From Mobula hypostoma (lineage: Eukaryota): a DNA stretch of 64,000 nt. The translations under genes were made by a program, and so were the position numbers. This document shows positions 1 to 11,974 of this stretch, one piece after another. The stretch lies in NCBI RefSeq assembly GCF_963921235.1, contig NC_086108.1, positions 115,384,001-115,448,000 on the forward strand, given 5' to 3'. Under the pieces are notes generated by a model that had not been told where the DNA came from, ran no database searches, and saw only the letters and a program-made list of their open reading frames with translations. How positions within the stretch are numbered: the first letter of the stretch is position 1; the number at the start of each line of letters is the position of its first letter.

Positions 1-209
1 CCCAGGGTGCAGCTTTCCTCTGCTTTCACTGTTGTTGTGATGTGTCATCGCCAGCTCTACTGTTGAGATCTTGCCTTGGATCTCTCTTTGTCTGGAATCT
101 CCTCTTTGACATCACCACCATGGGTGACCCTACTAGGAGCCAAACTCCAGAAGACATCACTCTCGGGATCTCAGGAACTTACCAGCATGACAAGAACAAT
201 CCTCAGAGA

Positions 210-1275
210 ACGCCAACTATGCACACTTTATCCACTACAGCTCAGCATCAAATACCACCATCCCCTCAAAACTAATCAATAAGCTCCTTGACCTTCGGCT
301 CAATACTTGCTTGTGCATTTGGATCCTCGATTTCCTCACTTGCAGACCCCAGTTATTTCAGATTGGCAACAGCATCTCCTTCACAATCTCCATCAGCCCA
401 GGTGCACAACAGGGCTGTGTCCTTAGCCCCCTGCTCTACTCATTTTACACTTACGCCTGTGTGGCTAAGCACAGATCCAACGCCATATTTAAGTTTGCTG
501 ACAATACCACTGTCATTGGCCGAATCAATGATGGAGATGAATTAGCACATAGGAGAGAGACTGAAAATCTGACTGAGTGGTGCCACAACAACAGCGTCTC
601 ACTCAATGTCAGCAAGACCAAGGAACAGATTATTGAGTTCAGGAGGAGGAAACTACAGTCCACGAGCCAGTCCTTATCGGGAGATCGGAGGTGGAGAGGG
701 TCAGCAACTTTAAATTCCTCAGTGTTACCATTTCAGAGGATCTGTCCTGGGCCCAGCACACAAGTGCAATTGTGAAGAAAGTACTTCCTTAGAAGTTTGC
801 GAAGATTTGGCGAACCACCTACAATTTCGACAAGCATCTGTATATGTGTAGTGGAGGGTATATTGACTGGCTACATCACAGCCTGGTACAGAAACACCAA
901 AGCCCTTGAACGGAAAATCCTACAAAAAGTAGTGGATACAGCCCAGTCCATCACGGGTCAAGCTCTCCCCACTATTGAGAACGTCTAGCTGCAGTGATGT
1001 CGCGAAAAGCAGCATCCATCTTCTTGGATCCCCACCATCCAGGTCATGTTGTCTTTTCACTGCTGCCAACAAGAAGGTGGTACAGGAACCGCGGGACACA
1101 CACCGCCAGGTTCTCTCAACCATCAGACTCCTGAACCAGAGAGGATAATTTCACTCAACTTCACTCGCCCCACCACTGAACTGTTCCAACAACCTGTGGA
1201 CTCACTTTCAAGGTTCTTCATCTCCTGTCTTCAATATTTATTGCTTATTTATTATTTTTAGTATTTTTATTTTTA
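210..1275 (+). mobile_element. Rex1/Babar-like LINE, decayed 3' half (RT and C-terminal domain)
   Basis: ORF 311-775 carries [25 protein letters not shown] and [10 protein letters not shown] motifs; frameshifts follow; (TTA)-rich tail at about 1240-1275. Confidence 0.8.
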
Positions 1276-1277
1276 TC

Positions 1278-2097
1278 ACCTCAAGCTGGTAAAACCTGAG
1301 GTACAGGTATAGCCAAACATTTCTCAATTGCTAGAAACTTTTGAACTATTCCAATGGTGCTTAGTATTGTGGCTTTTCTGAAGATTTTCATAAATATGAC
1401 AGTATAGGTGTATTGTGCAGAGACTTTGGGATGATACCAGTTGTAGATATTATTATTGGGACAACGTGTATCCTGTTCGTGTTCCAAAGTCTTTCAATTT
1501 CCACTTATAATTCAGCATATTTCTGGTGATTTTCACTTACTGATTTCTGTAAATTATGTGTGTTTGGAATGGCTATATCTATTAAATATGTTGTTTTTGC
1601 TGGTTTATCCTGTAATATTATATCTGGACGGTTATTATGGATTGTCCTAATTTAATAATAGGTTTTACAGGATATAATTTAATATAATTTACAGGACTCT
1701 GACTGTAAAACTGGACCAGGCTTGTATTTATAGTAAGATATGGTTCTTTTATGAGTTTGTATTTTAAAGCAAGATTTTACTGAATGATCTTTACCACTTG
1801 ATTGTGCCTGTGTAAGTAATCAGATTGAGTTAAACTGCTACAGGATCCTGTAATGCATTGGATTGTTTCTGGTTTCTCTTGCCATTTTCTGAATTTATTG
1901 TCTTGTATTTGTTGGTCTTTTATTTTGTATTTTTGTTTTTTTGTGTGTTAACCTCCTGGTCCTGTATTGCCACAAAGAATCTTTCTGTTTCTGGGATGAG
2001 ATCTCAACCCTGGCTTATTATTGTCTCTTAGACAAACACAGTCTGAGGCCTCTATCAGTCAGGGTCAACCATGGATATTGCATCCTACCAGTCTATA
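1278..2097 (-). mobile_element. R4/Dong-type non-LTR retrotransposon 3' fragment (zinc-knuckle region and restriction-like endonuclease)
   Basis: Manual minus-strand translation gives PETERFFVAIQDQEVNT, ETIQCITGSCSSLTQSDYLHRHNQV, NNRPDIIL..YLIDIAIP..KYAEL and KATILSTIGIVQKFL; AT-rich. Confidence 0.8.
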
Positions 2098-3254
2098 GAT
2101 ACACAAAAGGCTTTTGACAAGGTCCCACAGAGGAGATTAGTGTGCAAACTTAAAGCACACAGTACTGGGGGTATGGTATTGATGTGGATAGAGAATTGGT
2201 TGGCAGACAGGAAGCAAAGAGTGGGAATAAACGGGACCTTTTCAGAATGGCAGGCAGTGACTAGTGGGGTACCGCAAGGCTCAGTGCTGGGACCCCAGTT
2301 GTTCACAATATATATTAATGACTTGGATGAGGGAATTAAATGCAGCATCTCCAAGTTTGCGGATGACACGAAGCTGGGTGGCAGTGTTAGCTGTGAGGAG
2401 GATGCGAAGAGGGTGCAGGGTGACTTGGATAGGTTAGGTGAGTGGGCAAATTCATGGCAGAAGCAATTTAATGTGGATAAATGTGAGGTTATCCACTTTG
2501 GTGGCAAAAACAGGAAAACAGATTATTATCTGAATGGTGGCCGATTAGGAAAAGGGGAGGTGCAACGAGACCTGGGTGTCATTATACACCAGTCATTGAA
2601 AGTGGGCATGCAGGTACAGCAGGCGGTGAAAAAGGCGAATGGTATGCTGGCATTCATAGCAAGAGGATTCGAGTACAGGAGCAGGGAGGTGCTACTGCAG
2701 TTGTACAAGGCCTTGGTGAGACTACACCTGGAGTGTTGTGTGCAGTTTTAGTCCCCTAATCTGAGGAAAGACATTCTTGCCATAAAGGGAGTACAAAGAA
2801 GATTCACCAGATTGATTCCTGGGATGGCAGGACTTTCATATGATGAAAGACTGGATTGACTAGGCTTATACTCTCTGGAATTTAGAAGATTGAGGGGGGA
2901 TCTTATTGAAACATATAAAATCCTAAAGGGATTGGACAGGCTAGATGCAGGAAGATTGTTCCCGATGTTGGGGAAGACTTTTAGGACCGAGATGAGGAAA
3001 AACTTCTTCACACACAGAGTGGTGAATCTGTGGAATTCTCTGCCACAGGAAACAGTTGAGGCCAGTTCATTGGCTATATTTAAGAGGGAGTTAGATATGG
3101 CCCTTGTGGCTAAATGGATCAGGGGGTATGAAGAGAAGGCAGGTGCAGGGTTCTGAGTTGGATGATCAGCCATGATCATACTGAATGGCGGTGCAGGCTC
3201 AAAGGGCCGAATGGCCTACTCCTGCACCTATTTTCTATGTTTCTATGTTTCTAC
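2098..3254 (+). mobile_element. CR1 LINE, 5'-truncated, young
   Basis: KAFDKV, GVPQGSVLGP and KFADDTK in ORF 2071-2751; (TTCTATGT)n tail at 3232-3253. Confidence 0.95.
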
Positions 3255-3768
3255 AAGCCTGGGCCTTACGATATGGAGAGCAAGTTGTTGCCCATGTTGC
3301 AGGCTCCCCCTCTCCACCTATCTGATGAGCCCAAAGGAACGGCCGAGACTGACACAGTTTGGCACCAGCAGCATCGCAGGAGTTGCCAGTCAGCATTGAA
3401 ATCAACGTAGGACTGCCTTAGGGACTCCAGCTCTGGATTTTCACCCTCGGGGTTTACTCCTGAAGCCTCCCCCATGAGTGGGTGTAGCCGCAAGGCGGCG
3501 GAGGTTCGAGATCAGAGTTTTCCCTCTCCTAGATGAGCTGCCAACCACAGCTGACGAGCCCCATCTGCCTGAAGCGACTGGTTTAAGCCAGTAACCTGCC
3601 TTTGCCCCTTCTCCTGAAGGTAGCTGAGACACATGTGAAGACCAGGAGCTAGTCTTGGTTATCAGATGGTATTTGAGGTGCATGCCTTTGGGAGCATTTA
3701 ATAGTTGGTTGGAGCTTGTCCCCGTGACCTCACCCAGCTATAACACCCTTAAGGAACCACAAACGCAG
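3255..3768 (-). mobile_element. RTE-type 5' UTR / RTE-related non-autonomous element
   Basis: Shares blocks (gttgcccatg..cccctctcca, tggcaccag) with the SINE at 23601-23912; decayed HDV-like fold at its 5' end. Confidence 0.55.
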
Positions 3769-4260
3769 AGACAGTATCTGATCCCACCAACTTCTCTGGC
3801 AGTGAGTTCCAGAAATCCAGAAATTGTAACCCTCAGATCCACTTGAAAATATCCACAGATCCCTCAGTGTTGCCGCACAGATTGATAGGGTTGTTAAAAA
3901 GAAGTGTAGTGTCATGACCTTCAATAGTTGGGGTTGGGGGATTGCGTTCTAGAGCTGTGAGATAATGTTGTAACTCTATAAAACTCTGGTTAGACCACAC
4001 TTGGAATGTTGTATTCAGTTCTGGTCTCCTCATTATAGGAAGGATGTGGAAGCTTTAGAGAGAGTGCAGAGGAGATTTACCAGGATACTGCCTGGATTAG
4101 AGAGGATGCTTTATAAGGATGGGTTGAGTGAGCTGGGCTTATTTCTTTGGAGTGAAGCAGGATAGGAAGTGACTTGATAGAGGTGTACAAGATGATAAAA
4201 AGGATAGACAGAATAGACAGCCACGGTCATAACATTAACGTGATTGGAGGCAAGCATAAG

Positions 4261-5695
4261 CAACACACTTAAAAGTTGCTGGTGAACGCAGCAGGCCAGG
4301 CAGCATCTCTACGACGAGGTACAGTCGACGTTTCGGGCCGTTGGAGACAGCTTATCTACTTATGTCTACTATAAGCTATGGACTCTCACAGCTATCTGGA
4401 CTATTCCTCTTCTCACCCTGTCTCTTGCAAAAATGCCATCCCCTTCTTGCAATTCCTCCGTCACCACTGCATCTGCTCTCAGGATGAGGCTTTTCATTCC
4501 AGGACGAGGGAGATGTCCTCCTTTTTTAAAGAAAGGGGCTTCCCTTCCTCCACCATCAACTCTGCTCTCAAGCGCATCGCTCCCATTTCACGCACATCTG
4601 CTCTCATCCCATCCTCCTGCCACCCCACTAGGAATAGGGTTCCCCTGGTCCTCACCTACCACCCCGCCAGCCTCCTAGTCCAACATGTAATTCTCCGTAA
4701 CTTCCGCCAGCTCCAACGGGATCTCACCACCAAGCACATCTTTCCCTCCCCACCTCTCTCTGCTTTCCGCAGGAATTGCTGCCTACGCAACTCCCTTGTC
4801 CATTCATCCCCCCCATCCCTCCCCACTGATCTCCCTCCTGGCACTTATCCTTGTAAGTGGAACAAGTGCTACACATGCCCTTACACTTCCTCCCTTACCA
4901 CCATTCAGGGCCCCAAACAGTCCTTCCAGGTGAGGCATCACTTCACCTGTGAGTCGGCTGGGGTGATATACTGCGTCCGGTCCTCCCGATGCGCCCTTCT
5001 ATATATTGGCGAGACCCGACGCAGACTGGGAGACCATTTCACTGAACACCTACGCTCTGTCCACCAGAGAAAGCAGGATCTCCCAGTGGCCACACATTTT
5101 AATTCCACATCCCATTCCCATTCTGATATGTCTATCCATGGCCTCCTCTACTGTCAAGATGAAGCCACACTCAGGTTGGAGGAACAACACCTTATATTCT
5201 GTCTGGGTAGCCTCCAACCTGATGGCATGAACACTGACTTCTCTAACTTCTGTTAATACCCCACCTCCCCCTCGTACCCTATCCGTTATTTATTTATTTA
5301 TTATAATAATATATATATTCTTTTTCTCTCTCTCCTTTTTCTCCCTCTGTTGCTCTCACTATACCCCTTGCCCATCCTCTGGGCTTCCCCCCCTCCCCCT
5401 TTTCCTTCTCCCTGGGCCTCCTGTCCCATGATCCTCTCATATCCCCTTTGCCAATCACCTGTCCAGCTCTTGGCTCCATCCCTCCCCCTCCTGTCTTCTC
5501 CTATCATTTTGGATCCCCCCCCACCCCCTCCCACTTTCAAATCTCTTACTATCTCTTCCTTCAGTTAGTCCTGACGAAGGGTCTCGGCCCGAAACGTCGA
5601 CTGCACCTCTTCCTAGAGATGCTGCCTGGCCTGCTGCGTTCACCAGCAACTTTTATGTGTGTTGCTTGAAATTGCAGCATCTGCGGATTTCCCTG
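4261..5695 (+). mobile_element. Penelope-like element (Neptune type), 5'-truncated, with an 80-bp inverted tail at its 5' side
   Basis: ORF 4378-5256: RT C-terminal region, CKWNKCYTC linker, GIY-YIG (GVIY..YIGET); 4261-4340 is the reverse complement of its own 3' tail. Confidence 0.92.
5567..5602 (+). ncRNA. Minimal type I hammerhead ribozyme (intact core)
   Basis: AGTC-CTGACGA-A-GGG-tctcgg-CCC-GAAAC-GTC-GACT: stem I AGTC/GACT, stem II GGG/CCC, CUGANGA and GAAA core. Confidence 0.8.
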
Positions 5696-5919
5696 TGAAA
5701 GGGAAGTATAAGGTGGATTTCAGAAGTAGGTTTTTTTACACAGAGGCTGGTGGGTGCATGGAACCGATTATCAGGGTGGTAATAGACATAGATATATTCA
5801 GAACATCTAATAAACTCCTTGATGGGTGCATAGATGATAGAAAAATGGAGGGAAATGGATGAAGGAAGGATTAGATTGATCTTGGAGTAGGTTAATGTCA
5901 GACCTGCCAATCTCTAACT

Positions 5920-6888
5920 GTGATAAGAACATAAGAAACAGGAGAAGGAGTCGGCCATCCAGCCCATCAAGCCTGCTCCACTATTCTATAAGAACATGGC
6001 TGATCTGGCCATGGACTCATATCTATTATCCTGCCTTTTCCCCCAAGCCCTTAATTCCTCTACTATGCAAAAATCTATCCAGCCTTGTCTTAAATATGTT
6101 TACTGAGGTGGCCTCCACTGCTTCATTGGCCAGAGAATTCCACAGATTCACCACTCTCTGGGGAAAGCAGTTCCTCCTCATCTCCGTCCTAAATCTACTC
6201 CTCTGAATCTTGAGGCTATGTCCCCTAGTTCTCATCTCACCTACCAGTAGAAACAACTTTCCTGCCTCTATCTTATTTATCCCTTTCATAATTTTATATG
6301 TTTCTATAAGAGCTCCTCTCATTCTTCTGAATTCCAGCGAGTACAGGCAACTCAATCTCTCCTCATTGTCTAACCCTCTCATCTCTGGAATCAACCTGGG
6401 GAACTTCCTCTTAAGCGCCTCCAAAGCTGGTATATCCCTCCTCAAGTAGGGAGACCAGGACTGCACACAGTACTCCAGGCGTGGCCTCACCAGTACCCTG
6501 TACAGTTGCAGCATAACCTCCCTGCTCTTAAATTCAATCCCTCTAGTAATGAAGGCCAATATTTCATTTGCCTTCTTGATAACCTGCTGCACCTGCAGAC
6601 CAACCTTTTGTGATTCATGCACAAGCACTCCCAAGTCCCATTGCAAAGGGGCATACTGCATTTTTTTTACCATTTAAATAATAATCTGCTCTTTCATTTT
6701 TCCTTCCAAAGTGGATGACCTCACATTTACCAACATTGTACTCCATCTGCCTGACCCTTGCCCACTCACTTAACCAATCTATATCTCTCTGCAGACTCTC
6801 TGTATCTTCTGCAAAATTTGCTTTTCCACTCAATTTGGTGTCAACAGCAAATTTAGATTAACTACACTCAGTCCCCTCTCCCAGATCG
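5920..6888 (-). mobile_element. CR1 LINE 3' fragment
   Basis: ORF 6026-6673 (LVRPRLEYCVQSWSP); taagaacataagaa tail. Confidence 0.9.
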
Positions 6889-7630
6889 CTAGAAAAATAG
6901 AAACATAGAAAACCTACAGCACAATACAGGCCCTTCAGTCCACAAAGTTGTGCCAAAAATGTCCCTACCTGAGAAATTACTGGGGTTACCCATAGCCCTC
7001 TATTTTTCTAAGTTCCATGTAGCTATCCAAAAGTCTCTTAAAAGACCCGATCGTATCCGCCTCCACCACCATTGCCAGCAGCCCATTCCACGTACTCACC
7101 ACTCTCTGCGTAAAAAACTTACCCCTGACATCTCCTCTGTACCTACTCCCCAGCACCTTAACTCTGTGTCCTCTTGTGGCAACCATTTCAGCCCTGGGAA
7201 AAAGCCTCTGACTATCCACATGATCAATGCCTCTCATCATCTTATACACCTCTATCAGGTCACCTCATATCCTCCGTCGCTCCAAGGAGAAAAGGCCAAG
7301 TTCACTCAATCTGTTTTCATAAGGCATGCTCCCCAATCCAGACAACATCCTTGTAAATCTCCTCTGCATCCTTTCTGTGGCTTCCACATCCTTCCTGTAG
7401 TGAGGCGACCAGAACTGAGTACACCAAGTGGGGTCTGACCAGCTGCAACATTACCTCTCGGCTCCTAAATTCAATTCCACGATTGATGAAGGCCAATGCA
7501 CCGTATGCCTTCTTAACCACAGAGCCAACCTGTGCAGCTGCTTTGAGCATCCTATGGACTTGGACCCCAAGATCTCTCTGATCCTCCACACTGCCAAGAG
7601 TCTTACCATTAATACTATATTCTGCCATCG
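6889..7630 (-). mobile_element. CR1 LINE 3' fragment (second subfamily)
   Basis: ORFs 6986-7249 and 7317-7628; atagaaac tail. Confidence 0.9.
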
Positions 7631-7634
7631 ATAT

Positions 7635-9405
7635 TATATATAACTATATAACAATTACAGCACGGAAACAGGCCATCTCGGCCCTACTAGTCTGTGCCAA
7701 ACTCTTACTCTCACCTAGTCCCACCGACCTGCACTCAGCCCATAACCCTCCATTCCTTCAACACACATCAAAGTTGCTGGTGAACACAGCAGGCCAGGCA
7801 GCATCTCTAGGAAGAGGTACAGTTGAAGTTTCAGGCTGAGACTCTTCGTCAGGACTAACTGAAAGAAGGGCTAGTAAGAGATTTGAAAGTGGGAGCGGGA
7901 AGGGGAGATCCAAAATGATAGGAGAAGACAGGAGGGGGAGGGATGGAGCCAAGAGCTGGACAGGTGATTGGCAAAAGGGATATGAGAGGATCATGGGATG
8001 GGAGGCCTAGGGAGAATGAAAGGGGGAGGGGTGAAGCCCAGAGGATGGGCAAGGGGTACAGTGAGAGGGACAGAGGGAGAAAAAGGAGAGAGAGAAAAAG
8101 AATATATATATAAATAAATAACGGATGGGGTACGAGGGGGAGGAGGGGCATAAATGGAAGTTAGAGAAGTCAATGTTCATGCCATCAGGGGAGGTTACCC
8201 AGACGGAATATAAGGTGTTGCTCCTCCAATCTGAGTGTGGCTTCATCTTTACAGTAGAGGAGGCCGTGGATAAACATATCAGAATGGGAATGGGACGTGG
8301 AATTAAAATGTGTAGCCACTGGGAGATCCTGCTTTCTCTGGCGGACAGGTCCATTCCTTTCCTGTCCATATAGCTGTCCAATTTAACTTTAAATGACAAC
8401 ATCGAACCTGCCTCAACCACTTCTGCTGGAAGCTCGTTCCACACAGCTACCACTCTCTGAGTAAAGAAGTTCCCCCTCATGTTACCCCGAAACTTTTGCC
8501 CTTTAACTCTCAACACATGTCCTCTTGTTTGAATCTCCCCCACTCTCAATGGAAAAAGCCTATCCACGTCAACTCTATCTATCTCCCTCATAATTTTAAA
8601 TACCTTTATCAAGTCCCCCCCTCAACCTTCTATGCTCCAAAGAATAAAGACCCAACTTGTTCAACCTTTCTCTGTAACCTAGGAGATGAAACCCAGGTAG
8701 CATTCTAGTAAATCTTCTCTGTACTCTCTCAACTTTGTTGACATCTTTCCTATAATTCGGTGACCAGAACTGCGCACAATACTCCAAATTTGGCCTTACC
8801 AATGCCTTGTACAATTTCAACATTACATCCCAACTCCTATACTCAATGCTCTGATTTATAAAGGCCTGCATACCAAAAGCTTTCTTCACCACCCTATCCA
8901 CATGAGATTCCACCTTTAGGGAACTATGCACCATTATTCCTAGATCCCTCAGTTCTACCGCATTCTCCAATGCCCTACCTTTTACCATGTATGTCCTATT
9001 TTAATTAGTCCTACCAAAATGCAGCACCTCACATTTATCAGCATTAAACTCCATCTGCCATCTTTCAGCCCACTCTTCTGACTGGCCTAAACCTCTCTGC
9101 AAGCTTTGAAAACCTACTTCATTATCCACAACTCCACCTATCTGAGTATCATCTGCATATGTACTAATCCAATTTACCACCCCATCATCCAGATCATTAA
9201 TGTATATGACAAATAACATTGGACCCAGTACAGATCCCTGAGGCACACCACTAGTCACCGGCCTCCAATCTGACAAACAGTTATCCACCACTACTCTCTG
9301 GCGTCTCCCATCCAGCCACCGCTGAATCCATTTTACTACTTCAATATTAATACCTAACAATTGAACCTTCCTAACTAACCTTCCATGTGGAACCTTGTCA
9401 AAAGA
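7635..9405 (-). mobile_element. CR1 LINE 3' part split by a PLE
   Basis: RT ORFs 8596-8988 and 9001-9483. Confidence 0.88.
7759..8349 (-). mobile_element. PLE 3' fragment with 10-bp TSD
   Basis: TCCATTCCTT at 7749-7758 and 8350-8359; PLE tail with a decayed hammerhead at 7821-7856. Confidence 0.88.
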
Positions 9406-10745
9406 TATTAGTGGATATTGTGAACAGCTGCGGGCCCAGCACCGACCCCTGCAGCACCCCTGATTTGCCAACCAGAGTAACACCCATGTATCCTTACTCT
9501 CTGCTTTCTATTAGTTAACGAATCCTCTACCAATGCTACATCACCCCAACTCTATCCATCCTTATCTTATGGATAAGTCTTTTATGTGACACCTTATTGA
9601 ACACCTTCTGGAAATCCAAGTAAATAATGTCCAATCTTTCCCCTCTATCCACTGTGCTCGTTATATCCTCCAAGAACTCCAGTAAGTTTGTCAAACAGGA
9701 TCTGCCTTTGCTGAATCCATGCTGTGTCTGCCTGATGGATCCATTTGAAGCATTTTCCCAACAACAGATGTTAAACTAATTGGCTTGTAGTTACCTATCT
9801 TTTGTCTACATCCTTTTTTGAACAGTGGCGTGATATTCACCATCTTCCAATCCACTGGGATCTGCCCAGAGTCCAGAGAATTTTGGTAAATTATCACCAA
9901 AGTCTCTTACTAGCTCTTCTTTCAGTTAGCCCTGACAAAGGGTTTCAGCCCGAAACATCGATTGTACCTCTTCCTATAGATGCTGCCTGGCCTGCTGCGT
10001 TCACCAGCAAATTTTATGTGTATTGCTTGAAATCCCAGCATCTGCAGATTTCCTCGTGTTTGCGACTATAACTTCTGGCATTTCTTTCAGTACCCTGGAT
10101 GCATTCCATCAGGACCAGAGGACTTGTCTATCTCAGACTCACAAGTTTGCTCAACACTACCTCTCTGGTGTTACAAGATCATCTACCTTTGCCTGCATGT
10201 TACACTACAACTCAGCCACTGACCTAACAGCAATTTTGTCCTATAATCTGCCTGTCCTTCCTGACAGTCTCACTACACAGTACGTCTGCTTGTATACCAA
10301 CTGTCCCATCTGAGCCTGATCACTCCAGTTCCAATAACCCTGCCAACTCAGCTTAACCCTCCCCAACAGTTCTAGCAAATAATTTGCCAGAATACTGGTC
10401 CCCCTTGGGTTCAATTGTAACCTATCCCTTTTGTACTGATCATACCTTCCCCAGAAAAGATCCAATGATCCAGAAATCCGAACCCCTTTCCCCTGCACCA
10501 GTTCCTCTGCCAAATCACCCCATTCTTACCCTCACTGGCATGTGGCACAGGCAGCAAACCAGAGATTACTACCGTGGAGTTTGGTGCACCTGGTGCAGAT
10601 GTAGTTATCTGGGAGACTGGTGGTCTCCCCAAATCCTCTCATCTCATACAAAGAGCACAACATGACCCTGGAGCCATCGTCACTGCTCCGTGTACTAACT
10701 GATGAAGAAGGAAGAATGAAGAAACTTACCTCGCCTAAACCTTTC
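9406..10745 (-). mobile_element. Decayed CR1 fragments (ORF2 and ORF1), with a plus-strand PLE tail at about 9900-10063
   Basis: DWKMVNITPLFKKG..NYKPISLTS; LDLFWGRYDQYKRD (ORF1 esterase region). Confidence 0.75.
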
Positions 10746-10764
10746 CTATCAGTGTACCTGTCCA

Positions 10765-11278
10765 AATGTGTGTATGTGTCTCACTGTGTGTGTGTGAGAG
10801 AGACATGTGTGAGTGTGTGTCTCACAGTGTCTCACGGTGTTTGTGTGTCTGTGTGTGTCTCTCACCGTGTGTGTTGGTATGTGTGTGAGGTGTGAGTCTC
10901 ACTGTGTGAGTGTGTGTGTGTGTCTCATTGTGTGAGTGTGTGTGTGTAACTCACTGTTTGCGTGTATGTGTGCATGTCTGTGTGTGTCTTTCACTGTGTG
11001 TGTTGGTATGTGTGTGAGGTGTGTGTCTCATTGTGTGAGTGTGTGTGTAACTCACTGTGTGTGTGTGCATGTCTGTGTGTGTCTCTCTCACTGTTTGTGT
11101 GTGTGTGAGAGAGAGAGAGAGGCATGTGTTCGTGCATGTTTTTGGGTGAGTGTGTGTGTGTGAGAGTGAGTTTGCGTGTGTGTGTGTGTGTGTGTGTGTG
11201 AGTGTGTGTGTGTGCGTGTGCATGTGTGTGTGTGAGAGAGAGAGAGAGAGTGAGTGTGTGTGTGTGTGTGTTTGTGTA
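10765..11278. repeat. (TG)n/(GA)n compound microsatellite
   Basis: Visible directly. Confidence 0.95.
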
Positions 11279-11974
11279 AAACCCCTGGTCTCCTTTTGCA
11301 CCGTCCAGGTAGGTCTCAATGGTAGCACTGAGCCCAGTGATGTACAACACCCCCCACCCCCCACCCTACATGAACAGACTCCGCTCCCCCAGCAGCCTCG
11401 CTGCTCACTGTGTGGGGAGAGTGAAGCAGGGTGGGTGAAACTGGGTGTCCGAGCGTCTTGGCCGCAAAGCAGGCAACGATCTCCCGAACACAGTCTGTGT
11501 GTCAGCAATAACCAGACTCCATTCCTGTCCCATGTCCTTTAGCGGGTCCCGCAGTCCTCCATCACCCCCGAACCTCTGAACCCCTCACCCCGCTCCTGCT
11601 CCAGACCGCGGCCACAGCTTCGTGTCCCCAAGCAAAATCCATTAATCGGGAGTAAGACTGAGAATGAAAGGTAATCCGTGGCCGGGCCGTGGTTTGTGGA
11701 ACATTATCCTCCCGATCGAGACCTGACCTCTGTCTAAGGCAGGGCGCTCAGTGTGGAGATTATATACAGACAACTTGTAACCACAACACTGATCCTCAGA
11801 CCGCACTCTGTCAACACAGTCTCGCTCTGGTACCCGGGCCAGCTCTCCAGCCAGCTTACCAAGCCAGTGGCTCAGGGGCTTCGGGACATTGTGTTCCACA
11901 GTGAGGGATCTCACTGACAGTGCCCAGCATAAAGGGGCAGTACTGAGGGAGCATTTCACTGTGGGACTGGGGGG

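Larger units (their letters stand above)
3820..5895 (+). mobile_element. Decayed CR1 3' fragment split by a PLE
   Basis: CR1 sequence at 3820-4260 resumes at about 5700. Confidence 0.75.

Noticed and set aside
1..205. Possible RTE-like 5' remnant
   Set aside because: Too short and decayed to support
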